The notes: generated from the letters alone by a model not told the origin. A DNA stretch of 33,432 nt from a virus (IMGVR_UViG_3300025575_000034:1-33432); one strand, 5' to 3'; shown: positions 17,935-26,744, numbered from the stretch's first letter. Made by a program: numbers and translations.

Positions 17935-18126
17935 ATGGCATGGTTAGCAGTTGATATTGATGGGGAGGAATACAAATATTCAAAAAAACCCGAAAGGCAT
18001 TTTAATGGCATTGTTAAAATATGGTCAACAAAAGGACAAGGCGAAGCAATAAATTTAATTTCTGGATCGATTGAAAAGCTGACAGGTAAAAAATTAACAT
18101 GGAAAGACGAACCAATTAAAATTTAA
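17935..18126 (+). CDS. Small hypothetical protein, tandem paralog A
   Basis: MAWLAVD...GSIEKLTGKKLTWKDEP. Confidence 0.75.
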   Translation: MAWLAVDIDGEEYKYSKKPERHFNGIVKIWSTKGQGEAINLISGSIEKLTGKKLTWKDEPIKI

Positions 18127-18130
18127 AGTT

Positions 18131-18313
18131 ATGCCGTATCTGACTGTAAATAAACACGGAGTTGAGAAAATAACCCAATGGAACCCAATACGAAATAAAT
18201 TAGCCGGATGGTGGACAGCTATTGATAATGGTGTTACTTTGCCAAACGGAACCATTGAAAAAATAATTGGTAAAAAGTTAACGTGGCGCCACAATCCCGT
18301 ATTGATAAAATAA
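18131..18313 (+). CDS. Small hypothetical protein, tandem paralog B
   Basis: MPYLTVN...GTIEKIIGKKLTWRHNP. Confidence 0.75.
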   Translation: MPYLTVNKHGVEKITQWNPIRNKLAGWWTAIDNGVTLPNGTIEKIIGKKLTWRHNPVLIK

Positions 18314-18500
18314 CCATTAAAAACTAACAACATGGAAACCGAAAACTATTTGTATTTTATTGCATTTGTCCTACTTTGCGTATTTTGTGCATGGAAACTT
18401 TGTCGAATGATTCAGAACGGCAGATTTGATTTGAATGACACTTATTACGATCCGTGTGAAATTGACGCAACAAAATATGAAGATGATGAGGTTGAGCGCT

Positions 18501-18554
18501 AAACATGTTGTGCAACAGCTTTGGTTAGATCGGTTGATTTACGTTGTATATTTA
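18501..18554 (+). promoter_or_regulatory. AACATGTT box/promoter, copy 5
   Basis: AAACATGTT-gtgc-AACAGCTTTGG; TATATTTA 46 nt downstream. Confidence 0.72.
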
Positions 18555-18597
18555 CATCATGAAACAGCAAGGAAGCTGAATCACTAAAAACGACGCG

Positions 18598-21070
18598 ATG
18601 ATGAATACAAAAAAATTAGGACAAGAACCAGCTCTTCCGTATACATTTACGGAATATAGAAGCGGACAGCCATTTATAAAAGTTCAACAAGGTCTATCTA
18701 AGCGTCTTTTAATCGCAAAAGATATGATGCAGGTTGCGAATACTTTTTTTAATGACTGTTCAGTTAAATTCATATCGGAATATATTGGAATTACAGAAAG
18801 CGAATATACGTATGATCACTACAAAAAGGCAGTAGTTAAATATGCAATTGAATTGGCAGATGAACTCTTAAAACAGGAAGCATTTGACCTACATTAAAAA
18901 CGATAATATGATACAAGAAATTCAATTTTTAGGATGTGAACATTTGGATTACTCCGATAATTACAGCGCAAATAAAGAACCAATTTCGACAAGGTTTGGT
19001 ACTAAAATATGTTGGAATAGACCCGTAATTGATTCTACATATCCGAGCTTAGTTCAATTTTGCAAAAAACGTGGAAGGTTAAATAATCCTCAGTCATGTT
19101 TGTGCGAATCAAATAAAATGTGTTCTGACTTTAATGATTTTAATCATACAGTTGCATTTAATGCCGAATAACCATGGCCTACATTAAAGACCCATCAACA
19201 GGCGATACCCTTCATTTAAAACGTGAATCCGGCTTGTATCCGGTAAAAGTTGAAAAGCATCACAAAAACATGATAATGATGCAATACGACAGTTTCAATC
19301 GGCTATTTTGTGAGATTGGCGAAAGCGGAGAGTATTGGAAAGAATGCGATTTGTATTTAATCGGGGATAAAATCAACTTGAATTAATTGATTAAATCATT
19401 TATATTTAGTAATTTAGTATAAAATTAGAAACGATGAAAACAGCAGAAAAAATACTTGACGATTTAGATGAAACTTACTACGTTGAAGAAATTGCAATGG
19501 TTAGTTACTATACAGCAGTAAAGGCTATTGAACACGCACAAAAAGAGGCTCATTTGTCACTTCTACATGATTTAATTAAGATATTAATTGATGTAAGCAA
19601 ACAAATTCCGCCTGAATATTATGATGTTGTAAATAAACATCTTATCAATTTACAAAATACAGCCATAAAACTTACAGAATAATGAAACGAACCATAAAAG
19701 TATTAACAGAAATTTCCTGGTATTTCGAAGCGTTTAAATATACGTTTACATACACTATTTTAGCCTATTGGGCATTTTTAATATTTGCAAAATAAAAACG
19801 AAATGGAACTAACAACAGAAGAAAGAGCCACATTTAACTATTTGATTAGTATCGGCGATACAAAGGATCAAGCATTGGCGACAATATTAAAATCAAGAAA
19901 ATGAAAAAGTTAATCGAAGATTACAAAAAGAAGCTGAATAATTGTAACGAGTTCCTAAATGCGCAATTATCAGATAAAGGTAAGGTAGTAATAATAATAC
20001 GCGAAAGAGCAAATTGTTACCGCAAATTCATTTCAGAACTTGAAATATTGAATAAATGACAACAGAAAGACTAATCGACAAAGTAACCGTTACAAATTTA
20101 GATATTGCATTGAGAATGTGCAATATTCAGATTCACAAATCAATAGTTGATAAAATCATTGATTTAGTCGAATTAATTGAAGATAAAGGTGATGATATAA
20201 GTATTAAAGACATTTGCGAATTACAGGGAAGTTGGGAAAATGGAACATTAAAACATGAATAATGACACCGACAAAATCATTCATAGAAATTTCCCCATCG
20301 AAAGACAAAAAGTTCTGCCAAAACTGCAAACACTTTGATAAGTGGGGAGTTCATGCCGGAATTTGTTGTGTAGATAACAAAGGATATAATAAAATGGATT
20401 GGCAAACATGCAAAAAATTTGAAAAGAAATGACAACAGAAACAGCTATTCACATTCTGGAACTTTACAACAAGTGGCGAAGAGGCTTAGAAACGGAAATG
20501 TTAGACCCGAAACAGTTGGGATTGGCTATTGATTTGGCGATTGAGACATTAAAACAATCGAAACAAAGCAAAAAAGAAATTGCGGCATTAAAGAGTCAGG
20601 TTTATAATCTGAATGTTAGGTTAAGTGATATAAAAGACAATAGTTGTAAATTTTGAACCATGCAAATTTGCCCTGACTGCATAGAGCCATTAATACCAGA
20701 CTGCAAGAAACTTGCAATGTGTAATCATTGGATGATTTGCCCGAAATGCGGACACAGAGAACGACCGGATAAGGATGTAATTGATTGTCGGAAAGTAGGG
20801 TTGTTTATTGATCGGATCAGGAAAAGTAATAGGAATGAAAACCAATTTAATAAAGATTGAAAAATGAAGGAAATTAAGGATTTTATTGAAAGATTAAAGA
20901 CGGAACGAAATGAATTAAATCAAAAGCTTAAATTCGTACGAGAGCACAAATTTACAAAAGAGGAACAATTCTTATCTGATCAAGTGAGTGTAATTAACTC
21001 AATAATGTATGAATTAGAATTAGTTTGCGATGGTAAGCAAAAAGGGAACGATTCAAAATTTATGTTTTAA
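18598..21070 (+). other. Cluster of small hypothetical early genes (incl. 18598-18897, Cys-rich 18908-19171, 19174-19386, 19434-19682, 19901-20059, 20056-20262, 20429-20656, zinc-ribbon 20660-20860, 20864-21070)
   Basis: Tightly packed co-directional ORFs downstream of promoter copy 5; CPDC...CPKC in 20660-20860. Confidence 0.7.
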
Positions 21071-21116
21071 TTTTGATATTTGAAAAAATAAGAGTAAGTT
21101 TGATAAAAAGAATTAA

Positions 21117-21221
21117 GATTGTGTGGCGGAATTGGCAGACGCAAACGTAGAAGCGACGGGATGAATGTCAAATAGGCCCGTAACGTATGACAGATTTCAG
21201 GTTCGAATCCTGACACAATCA
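21117..21221 (+). ncRNA. tRNA-like RNA (105 nt) with non-canonical enlarged anticodon region
   Basis: Perfect acceptor stem GATTGTG/CACAATC, D-arm TGGCGGAATTGGCAGACGC, T-arm TCAGG-TTCGAAT-CCTGA; no normal 5-bp/7-nt anticodon arm; TAAGTTTG promoter element at 21095. Confidence 0.7.
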
Positions 21222-21334
21222 CGGGGAGCGCTGACCTGTCCACGGCTCCAATTTTTTAAATACTGTTTACGAGTTATTCGGTAAATAAAACGCGCGAATC
21301 AGTGGAGGGTGACAATTGGGGAGAGACCCAAACA

Positions 21335-21407
21335 GCCGGAATAACTCAGATGGTAGAGTGTCTGTTTTGTACTCAGAATGTCACGGGTTCGATTCCTGTT
21401 TCCGGCT
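21335..21407 (+). tRNA. tRNA-Thr(TGT)
   Basis: Acceptor GCCGGAA/TTCCGGC, D-stem ACTC/GAGT, loop TT-TGT-AC (one T-T mismatch closing the stem), T-arm ACGGG-TTCGATT-CCTGT. Confidence 0.88.
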
Positions 21408-21435
21408 CAAAAGTAATAGATTGAAAATAATCACT

Positions 21436-21494
21436 AAACATGTTATACAACATGTGATTATATTTGCAATCAGGCGTTTATTGATGTATCTTTG
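21436..21494 (+). promoter_or_regulatory. AACATGTT box/promoter, copy 6
   Basis: AAACATGTT-atac-AACATGTG; TATATTTG at 21459 and TATCTTTG at 21487. Confidence 0.65.
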
Positions 21495-21557
21495 GTATAA
21501 CAAAAGGGGAAAAGCCGACAACCCCACTACAAGGTAGGCAAACAAAAACTTTGCAAA

Positions 21558-21899
21558 ATGAAAATTTATAACACAACAACCGAAAAAGAAGTTAGCCTTA
21601 CAATCATTGATGTTAAAACAAGATGCGAATGGACAGCTGATTTAATTAGCGCCGGAAACTTAGATTACAATGAAGAGCTCGAAATGACAGAAATGAGCCA
21701 GGATGATTTCGAATGGTGGTCTGATCTTATTGAAAAGATGGAATCAAACGACGAGAGAATATCCGAGATTGAATCAGGTCTCGACGAAGAAGATTTAGAC
21801 TCTTTTCGCAACGGGATTGCCGATTGTTGCGGTAATGACTTAGATACAGACGCCGATAGGATTCAGTTGTATTTGGATGAATATGATAAAAATAATTAA
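21558..21899 (+). CDS. Highly acidic hypothetical protein (113 aa)
   Basis: Strong D/E excess; stand-alone unit between promoter copy 6 and a terminator. Confidence 0.75.
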   Translation: MKIYNTTTEKEVSLTIIDVKTRCEWTADLISAGNLDYNEELEMTEMSQDDFEWWSDLIEKMESNDERISEIESGLDEEDLDSFRNGIADCCGNDLDTDADRIQLYLDEYDKNN

Positions 21900-21933
21900 T
21901 ACTCGCAGTTTCCCGCAAAGTTCTGCGGGTTTT

Positions 21934-21960
21934 GCCGGGGACTTTAACCCGGCTTTTTTT
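21934..21960 (+). terminator. Rho-independent terminator
   Basis: GCCGGG-gactttaa-CCCGGC followed by T7. Confidence 0.85.
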
Positions 21961-21979
21961 AACTCTTAAATCAAATAAA

Positions 21980-22585
21980 ATGACTAATCAATTAGATATG
22001 TTTTCGGAGGCAAAAATCAAAATAGCCGAAACAAAGAAAAATTACCTTTCTAAGCTAATTTCAAAAAAACAGAAATTTGAATATAATCTTCAAAAGAAAA
22101 GGCCTAAATATATTTTGAAGGCCACTAACGATATGAAGTATATATCTGAGCTGATTGACTTACTCGAAGAAAATGAGCAAATACACCTCATGAGTAACGC
22201 TTTTGATTCACCTTCAATAATATACTCACTTAACAAAAGAGAAAAAATCAAGGAAATTATTTGTTCAACGTGGGCCATAACAGACCGAGGATTACAGGTA
22301 TTTCAGGAATTATCAGACGATGCCTCAGTTTATTTACTACTCGATAAAACTTACTCATATAAGTGGGTATTCGAATCAGGAGACATTAATTTTCTCAAAA
22401 ACATCAAAATGAAGTTCACAGAAAATCATTCTAAGGTAACCTTGATACAAACTGAGAAATTTTTTTATACATTTGTAGGGTCAATGAATTTGTCAAATAA
22501 TCCGCGGATCGAAAATATAATGATCAGCCGAGACGAGGAGTTATATCGATTTTATGAGCGATTTATCAAGCAAGAATTTGAATGA
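21980..22585 (+). CDS. Phospholipase D-like (HKD superfamily) domain protein
   Basis: NHSKVTLI...FVGSMNLS...N..IEN; single HxK...GSxN motif without the Asp. Confidence 0.7.
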   Translation: MTNQLDMFSEAKIKIAETKKNYLSKLISKKQKFEYNLQKKRPKYILKATNDMKYISELIDLLEENEQIHLMSNAFDSPSIIYSLNKREKIKEIICSTWAITDRGLQVFQELSDDASVYLLLDKTYSYKWVFESGDINFLKNIKMKFTENHSKVTLIQTEKFFYTFVGSMNLSNNPRIENIMISRDEELYRFYERFIKQEFE

Positions 22586-22769
22586 AGAAGACTTCGAACA
22601 GGCGATAGAATCACTTCGCTTGCTGATTAAGGGTATTCCCATCAAAGATGATGAGGGTACTCTTATTGGTTTTATCGAAAAACCGGATATGAACGCGATT
22701 AAATATGTATTGAGCAAGCAACGGACGGCAACGGACGGCAACGGACGGCAACGGACATGCTCCTATTAA
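22554..22769 (+). CDS. Small hypothetical protein upstream of terS
   Basis: 71-aa ORF whose 3' end is formed by the 10-bp tandem repeat. Confidence 0.55.
   Translation: MSDLSSKNLNEEDFEQAIESLRLLIKGIPIKDDEGTLIGFIEKPDMNAIKYVLSKQRTATDGNGRQRTCSY
22718..22756. repeat. Tandem repeat (GCAACGGACG) x3.9
   Basis: Perfect GC-rich 10-mer repeats in an AT-rich genome. Confidence 0.95.
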
Positions 22770-22804
22770 ACATAATAAAACAATCACTAAAGGAATTGCA
22801 CCAA

Positions 22805-23389
22805 ATGGCAGATGAGACTAAGCAATATACGTTAGAAGAGTTAAAGGTTAAACTAACTGAAAAAGAGCGCGTTTTCTGTCATCAATATATCATTGACTGG
22901 AACGGTGCAAGATCAGCAAGACAGGCCGGATACAGTGAAGATACAGCCAAGGAGATAGCTTCACAAAACTTAACTAAAAGCCATATTCAACAATACATTG
23001 CTTTCATCAAAAATAACCTTGAAGAAGAATCAGGAATATCGAAATTAAGAAACCTTCAAGAGCTTGCAAAGATTGCTTATTCGAACATTGCCGGACTGCA
23101 CGATGATTGGATTGAATTAACCAATTGGAACGAAATTAAAGAGGCTAATCCGGCCTTATTGTCAGCCATTGAAAGCATTGATACTAAAACCGAATACCGG
23201 ACCTACAAAACAGACGGGGATAGCGAAGAAAACGCAGAAATTAAGTTTGTTAAAATAAAACTTTTTGCAAAAACTACCGCTATTGATATGATTAATAAAA
23301 TGCTTGGATATAACGAGGCCGAAAAAATACAACTCAAACAGGCTATTGAATATGTAAACGTGTCATTACAATTTCCTAACGAAAAATAA
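22805..23389 (+). CDS. terS: Terminase small subunit
   Basis: LTEKERVFCHQYIIDWNGARSARQAGYSEDTAKEIASQNLTK, the Terminase_2 HTH signature; alternative start at 22757. Confidence 0.92.
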   Translation: MADETKQYTLEELKVKLTEKERVFCHQYIIDWNGARSARQAGYSEDTAKEIASQNLTKSHIQQYIAFIKNNLEEESGISKLRNLQELAKIAYSNIAGLHDDWIELTNWNEIKEANPALLSAIESIDTKTEYRTYKTDGDSEENAEIKFVKIKLFAKTTAIDMINKMLGYNEAEKIQLKQAIEYVNVSLQFPNEK

Positions 23390-23392
23390 ATA

Positions 23393-23902
23393 ATGGAAAC
23401 TGAAATTTGGAAAGATATATCCGGATATAAAGACTGTTATCAAGTTAGTGATTTTGGTAGGGTAAAATCACTGAGTAGATTTCAATCAACTACCGAAAGG
23501 ATATTAAAGGGCGAATCTGATAATCGTGGATATATTCGAGTTAGATTAAGCACTCATAATGAAACAAAAAAATATCAAGTTCATCGATTAGTTTCGCTTG
23601 CGTTTATTCCAAATCCAGAGAATAAACTACAAATAAATCACATATCCGGCATTACATCAGATAATCATTACAAAAACTTAGAATGGTGTACGCAATCAGA
23701 AAACATGATTCATGCTTTTAAGATTGGATTACAATCAATAAAAGGAGAAAAAAATCATCAATCAAAACTCACTGAAAAACAATTAATAGAAATAAGAGAC
23801 TTATTAAAAAACGGAACATTTCACAAAGATATTGCAATAAAATTCAATGTTTCAAGGCGATGCATAACAGATATAAACCTAAACAAAACATGGGCTAAAT
23901 GA
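23393..23902 (+). CDS. NUMOD4-HNH homing endonuclease with C-terminal HTH
   Basis: EIWKDISGY...YQVSDFGRVKS (NUMOD4), VHRLV...INH...NLEWCT.SEN..HA (HNH_3); inserted between terS and terL. Confidence 0.92.
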   Translation: METEIWKDISGYKDCYQVSDFGRVKSLSRFQSTTERILKGESDNRGYIRVRLSTHNETKKYQVHRLVSLAFIPNPENKLQINHISGITSDNHYKNLEWCTQSENMIHAFKIGLQSIKGEKNHQSKLTEKQLIEIRDLLKNGTFHKDIAIKFNVSRRCITDINLNKTWAK

Positions 23903-25089
23903 TTAAAAGAATCTCCACATATTACAAAATAAAGGCAATTAAAGCCAAAATAAAAGTAATACAAGGGGGCATGGGAGCGGGTAAAAATGTTTCAATAGCT
24001 CAGATACTTATTGAGAAAGCATTTGAAAAGAAGCGGATAATAACAGTAGTATCAGACACTTACGATAACTTAAAGGATGGTTCAATACAGGACTTTAAAA
24101 ACCAATTTGACGGGGCTGGATTGGAATGGGAGCGATCATTTAACAAAACAGATCACGATTTAAAAATAGGCCAATCGATAGTCCAATTTAGATATGTAAA
24201 CGACAATAAAAAACAGGCCGGAAAATCAAAGAGGCGTAACATTCTATATATTAACGAGGCTAATAAAATTGGGTGGGATGTTGCATTAACATATATAGGC
24301 CGTACACATGAGGAGGTTTACATAGATTACAATCCAGATTTCGAATTTTGGGCACATACGGAGATACCTAAATTAAAAGACAGTAACGGCAATTCAATAA
24401 GCCAGCAAATAGTAGTAACATATTTAGATAATGAATGTTGCCCTGATTCCGAGGTTAATATTATTGAATCACGACGGGATAACATTGAATGGTTTAGGGT
24501 TTATGGACTTGGTCAGACCGGGTATTACTCAGAACGCAGAATCTATAAGTTCAATTTTTGCAAAGAAATCCCAGCAACCGCAAAACGAATACCTTCAGGT
24601 ATGGACTTTGGTGTTAGTCCTGACCCTACAATTAAGATAGACCTTTGGAAGAAAGACAACTGCATTTATATTGACGAGGTATTTTGTATGAATAATTTAA
24701 TGCCGGAAAAGATTACAGGGGCCGAACGTATGGCAATAGTTGATCAGTTGCAGTTTGTCAACCACCTCAAAGGTCAGTTAATCATAGCAGACAGCGCCGG
24801 GCGTGTTGAGATTAACGATCTTAGAAAGTACGGGTACGAAGTTAAGGGAGTTAAAAAGAATCCAGGATCTGTAATAACTGGTATAAATAAGACCCGGGGA
24901 TATGATCTATTTATTACTGAGCGATCAGTCAATATGAAAAAAGGTTTTGAAACATGGTTTTGGAAGATCGACATTAACGGCAAAATAATTCCAGAGCCGG
25001 ATGGGCATGAACCAGATGGATTAGCAGCACTAAGGTACGTGATTATGGAGCATGATCGGTTCGCTGATTTTGCCGTAACGACAAATTAA
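23899..25089 (+). CDS. terL: Terminase large subunit (PBSX/SPP1-like)
   Basis: QGGMGAGK Walker A, LYINEA Walker B, DYNP, TYLDN, GMDFG...DP nuclease, ADSA, ALRY. Confidence 0.93.
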   Translation: MIKRISTYYKIKAIKAKIKVIQGGMGAGKNVSIAQILIEKAFEKKRIITVVSDTYDNLKDGSIQDFKNQFDGAGLEWERSFNKTDHDLKIGQSIVQFRYVNDNKKQAGKSKRRNILYINEANKIGWDVALTYIGRTHEEVYIDYNPDFEFWAHTEIPKLKDSNGNSISQQIVVTYLDNECCPDSEVNIIESRRDNIEWFRVYGLGQTGYYSERRIYKFNFCKEIPATAKRIPSGMDFGVSPDPTIKIDLWKKDNCIYIDEVFCMNNLMPEKITGAERMAIVDQLQFVNHLKGQLIIADSAGRVEINDLRKYGYEVKGVKKNPGSVITGINKTRGYDLFITERSVNMKKGFETWFWKIDINGKIIPEPDGHEPDGLAALRYVIMEHDRFADFAVTTN

Positions 25090-25207
25090 TTATCAATTAT
25101 GATTATCACATGTAAAAATAGCGAAAATATAAACGACTGATAATTAAATTAAAAATGCGAATGCTTCACCGGATAGATAAAAATATTCATTTATTTATTA
25201 TGTAATT

Positions 25208-25603
25208 ATGGGTAAAATACAAATGTTTGATCCGTTAATTTATCCTATGAAAATATGGGTAGCAATTGGAATTAATATAAATGAAATTAAGGATAATTTC
25301 AAGGACGTAAAAACTGGAGATGAGATAGATACATCATTTATATTTAGCAGTGAGGCTGTAACCTATTACGTGCAAAAAAAACAAGACCCGACATATTATG
25401 GAGTATTGATTGCTTCAACTGCAAAACATTATTTCACTGCAAAATTAATAACACATGAAAGTATTCATGGAGCCGAATATATATGGGAACATATTAGCGA
25501 AAAAATTATAGGATCAGAGGCTAATGCTTATTTAGCTGGCTGGATCGCTGATTGTATTCATAAGACACTAAAGAATAAAACTGTTGGTAAACATGTTGTG
25601 TAG
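25208..25603 (+). CDS. Hypothetical protein with HExxH motif
   Basis: ITHESIH...EANAYL zincin-like pattern. Confidence 0.6.
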   Translation: MGKIQMFDPLIYPMKIWVAIGININEIKDNFKDVKTGDEIDTSFIFSSEAVTYYVQKKQDPTYYGVLIASTAKHYFTAKLITHESIHGAEYIWEHISEKIIGSEANAYLAGWIADCIHKTLKNKTVGKHVV

Positions 25604-25642
25604 CATGTTTTGTCGAATGATCGTTTTTTGATAGTATATTTG
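25589..25642 (+). promoter_or_regulatory. AACATGTT box/promoter, copy 7
   Basis: AAACATGTT-gtgt-AGCATGTTTTG with an extra upstream half-site AAACTGTT; TATATTTG 46 nt downstream. Confidence 0.75.
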
Positions 25643-26059
25643 AGGACAATTTAATACTTAAAGTTATGACAGATCTATTTTGGAATACCGGAGAATTTTT
25701 ATCACCTGCTTTATTAATCGTTTGTGTTGTTGCCTTCTTTGCGACTGCTATATTAGTGGTGATTTTGACCGACAAGAATCCTGGTAAATGTAAATGAATT
25801 GGGATTTACACTTAAAAATGATTAGTTATGGCAACAAAATTAGACTTGGCCGACGCACAGTTAATTGGGTGGCGTCATGGTTTTCATGGATTTTCTATAA
25901 TATCCTTAGTTGAAAGTATGGGATTAACAAAATCCGAATGGAAGAAATTAAAATCAGACTATTCAATGTATTTAAGCGATGATGAAGTAAAATAAATTGA
26001 CGAGCATTTTAATTTAATTTAACCTCTCTCCTATACGGGGAACAAAAACAACTGAAATT

Positions 26060-26374
26060 ATGAAATTTACAGAAGTTTATGATTTAAATAAAGATCAGCA
26101 AAAGGCATTTAACTCACTAAAAAGGGTTGCAAATAAATGCGTCAAATTAAAGATCGGATTTGTGAATTTATATGGACACATAACTGCATTTGACAAAAAC
26201 ATGATCGCAGGATTCGATGTCGATGCCGATTATGAGTTATCATGTAAGGAGTATGGATATCCATCAAATTACATTGATAATTTAGGAGGAGACAGCTATG
26301 CAGATGATCAAAGCCTACATTCTTTTAAGCTTACTCCAAAAGGAAAGAAAGTATTTAATTCAGAGTTGTCTTAA
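26060..26374 (+). CDS. Hypothetical protein (104 aa) in terL-portal insert
   Basis: ATG ORF flanked by repeated intergenic motif. Confidence 0.7.
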   Translation: MKFTEVYDLNKDQQKAFNSLKRVANKCVKLKIGFVNLYGHITAFDKNMIAGFDVDADYELSCKEYGYPSNYIDNLGGDSYADDQSLHSFKLTPKGKKVFNSELS

Positions 26375-26409
26375 TCTTCTATCTCGTACGGCAATAAAAC
26401 TAAAATAAG

Positions 26410-26622
26410 ATGATAATAGATAAAATAAAGAAGATAATGATTGCATACCGCGACTTTTACGGAGGTGATCTGTTAGATGTCAGCGAGGTAAATAAGACAA
26501 CAACCAAAGAGGAGCTTTCTGATATAATTGAACGTCACAGAGATCACATGGAGTCTATGTTGTCAGATGCGAATAGTCATTTAGATCGACTTAAACGAGA
26601 AACTGGATTAAACGAAATTTAG
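26410..26622 (+). CDS. Hypothetical protein (70 aa) in terL-portal insert
   Basis: ATG ORF flanked by repeated intergenic motif. Confidence 0.65.
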   Translation: MIIDKIKKIMIAYRDFYGGDLLDVSEVNKTTTKEELSDIIERHRDHMESMLSDANSHLDRLKRETGLNEI

Positions 26623-26720
26623 CTCTGCCTATACAGTGGGGACAAAACAAATTTGAATTAACCCTTAAATACAATTCGCCTATGACAAATTAGACTACAT
26701 TCGAAAGTGAATAATAAACG

Positions 26721-26744
26721 ACCCGGATTGCGATCTGGGTTTTT
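26721..26744 (+). terminator. Rho-independent terminator closing the inserted block
   Basis: ACCCGGAT-tgcg-ATCTGGGT followed by a T-run. Confidence 0.75.

Noticed and set aside
21316-21537. 73-aa ORF
   Set aside because: Overlaps tRNA-Thr and promoter copy 6; TTG start; likely spurious
23393-23902. Group I intron or intein around the NUMOD4-HNH gene
   Set aside because: terS and terL look complete on either side and there is no flanking non-coding space; it is a free-standing endonuclease gene
1883-25642. CRISPR array or integron attC interpretation of the AACATGTT repeats
   Set aside because: Copies are kilobases apart, have no spacer periodicity or attC-like long hairpin, and are tied to promoter elements; no cas or integrase gene seen
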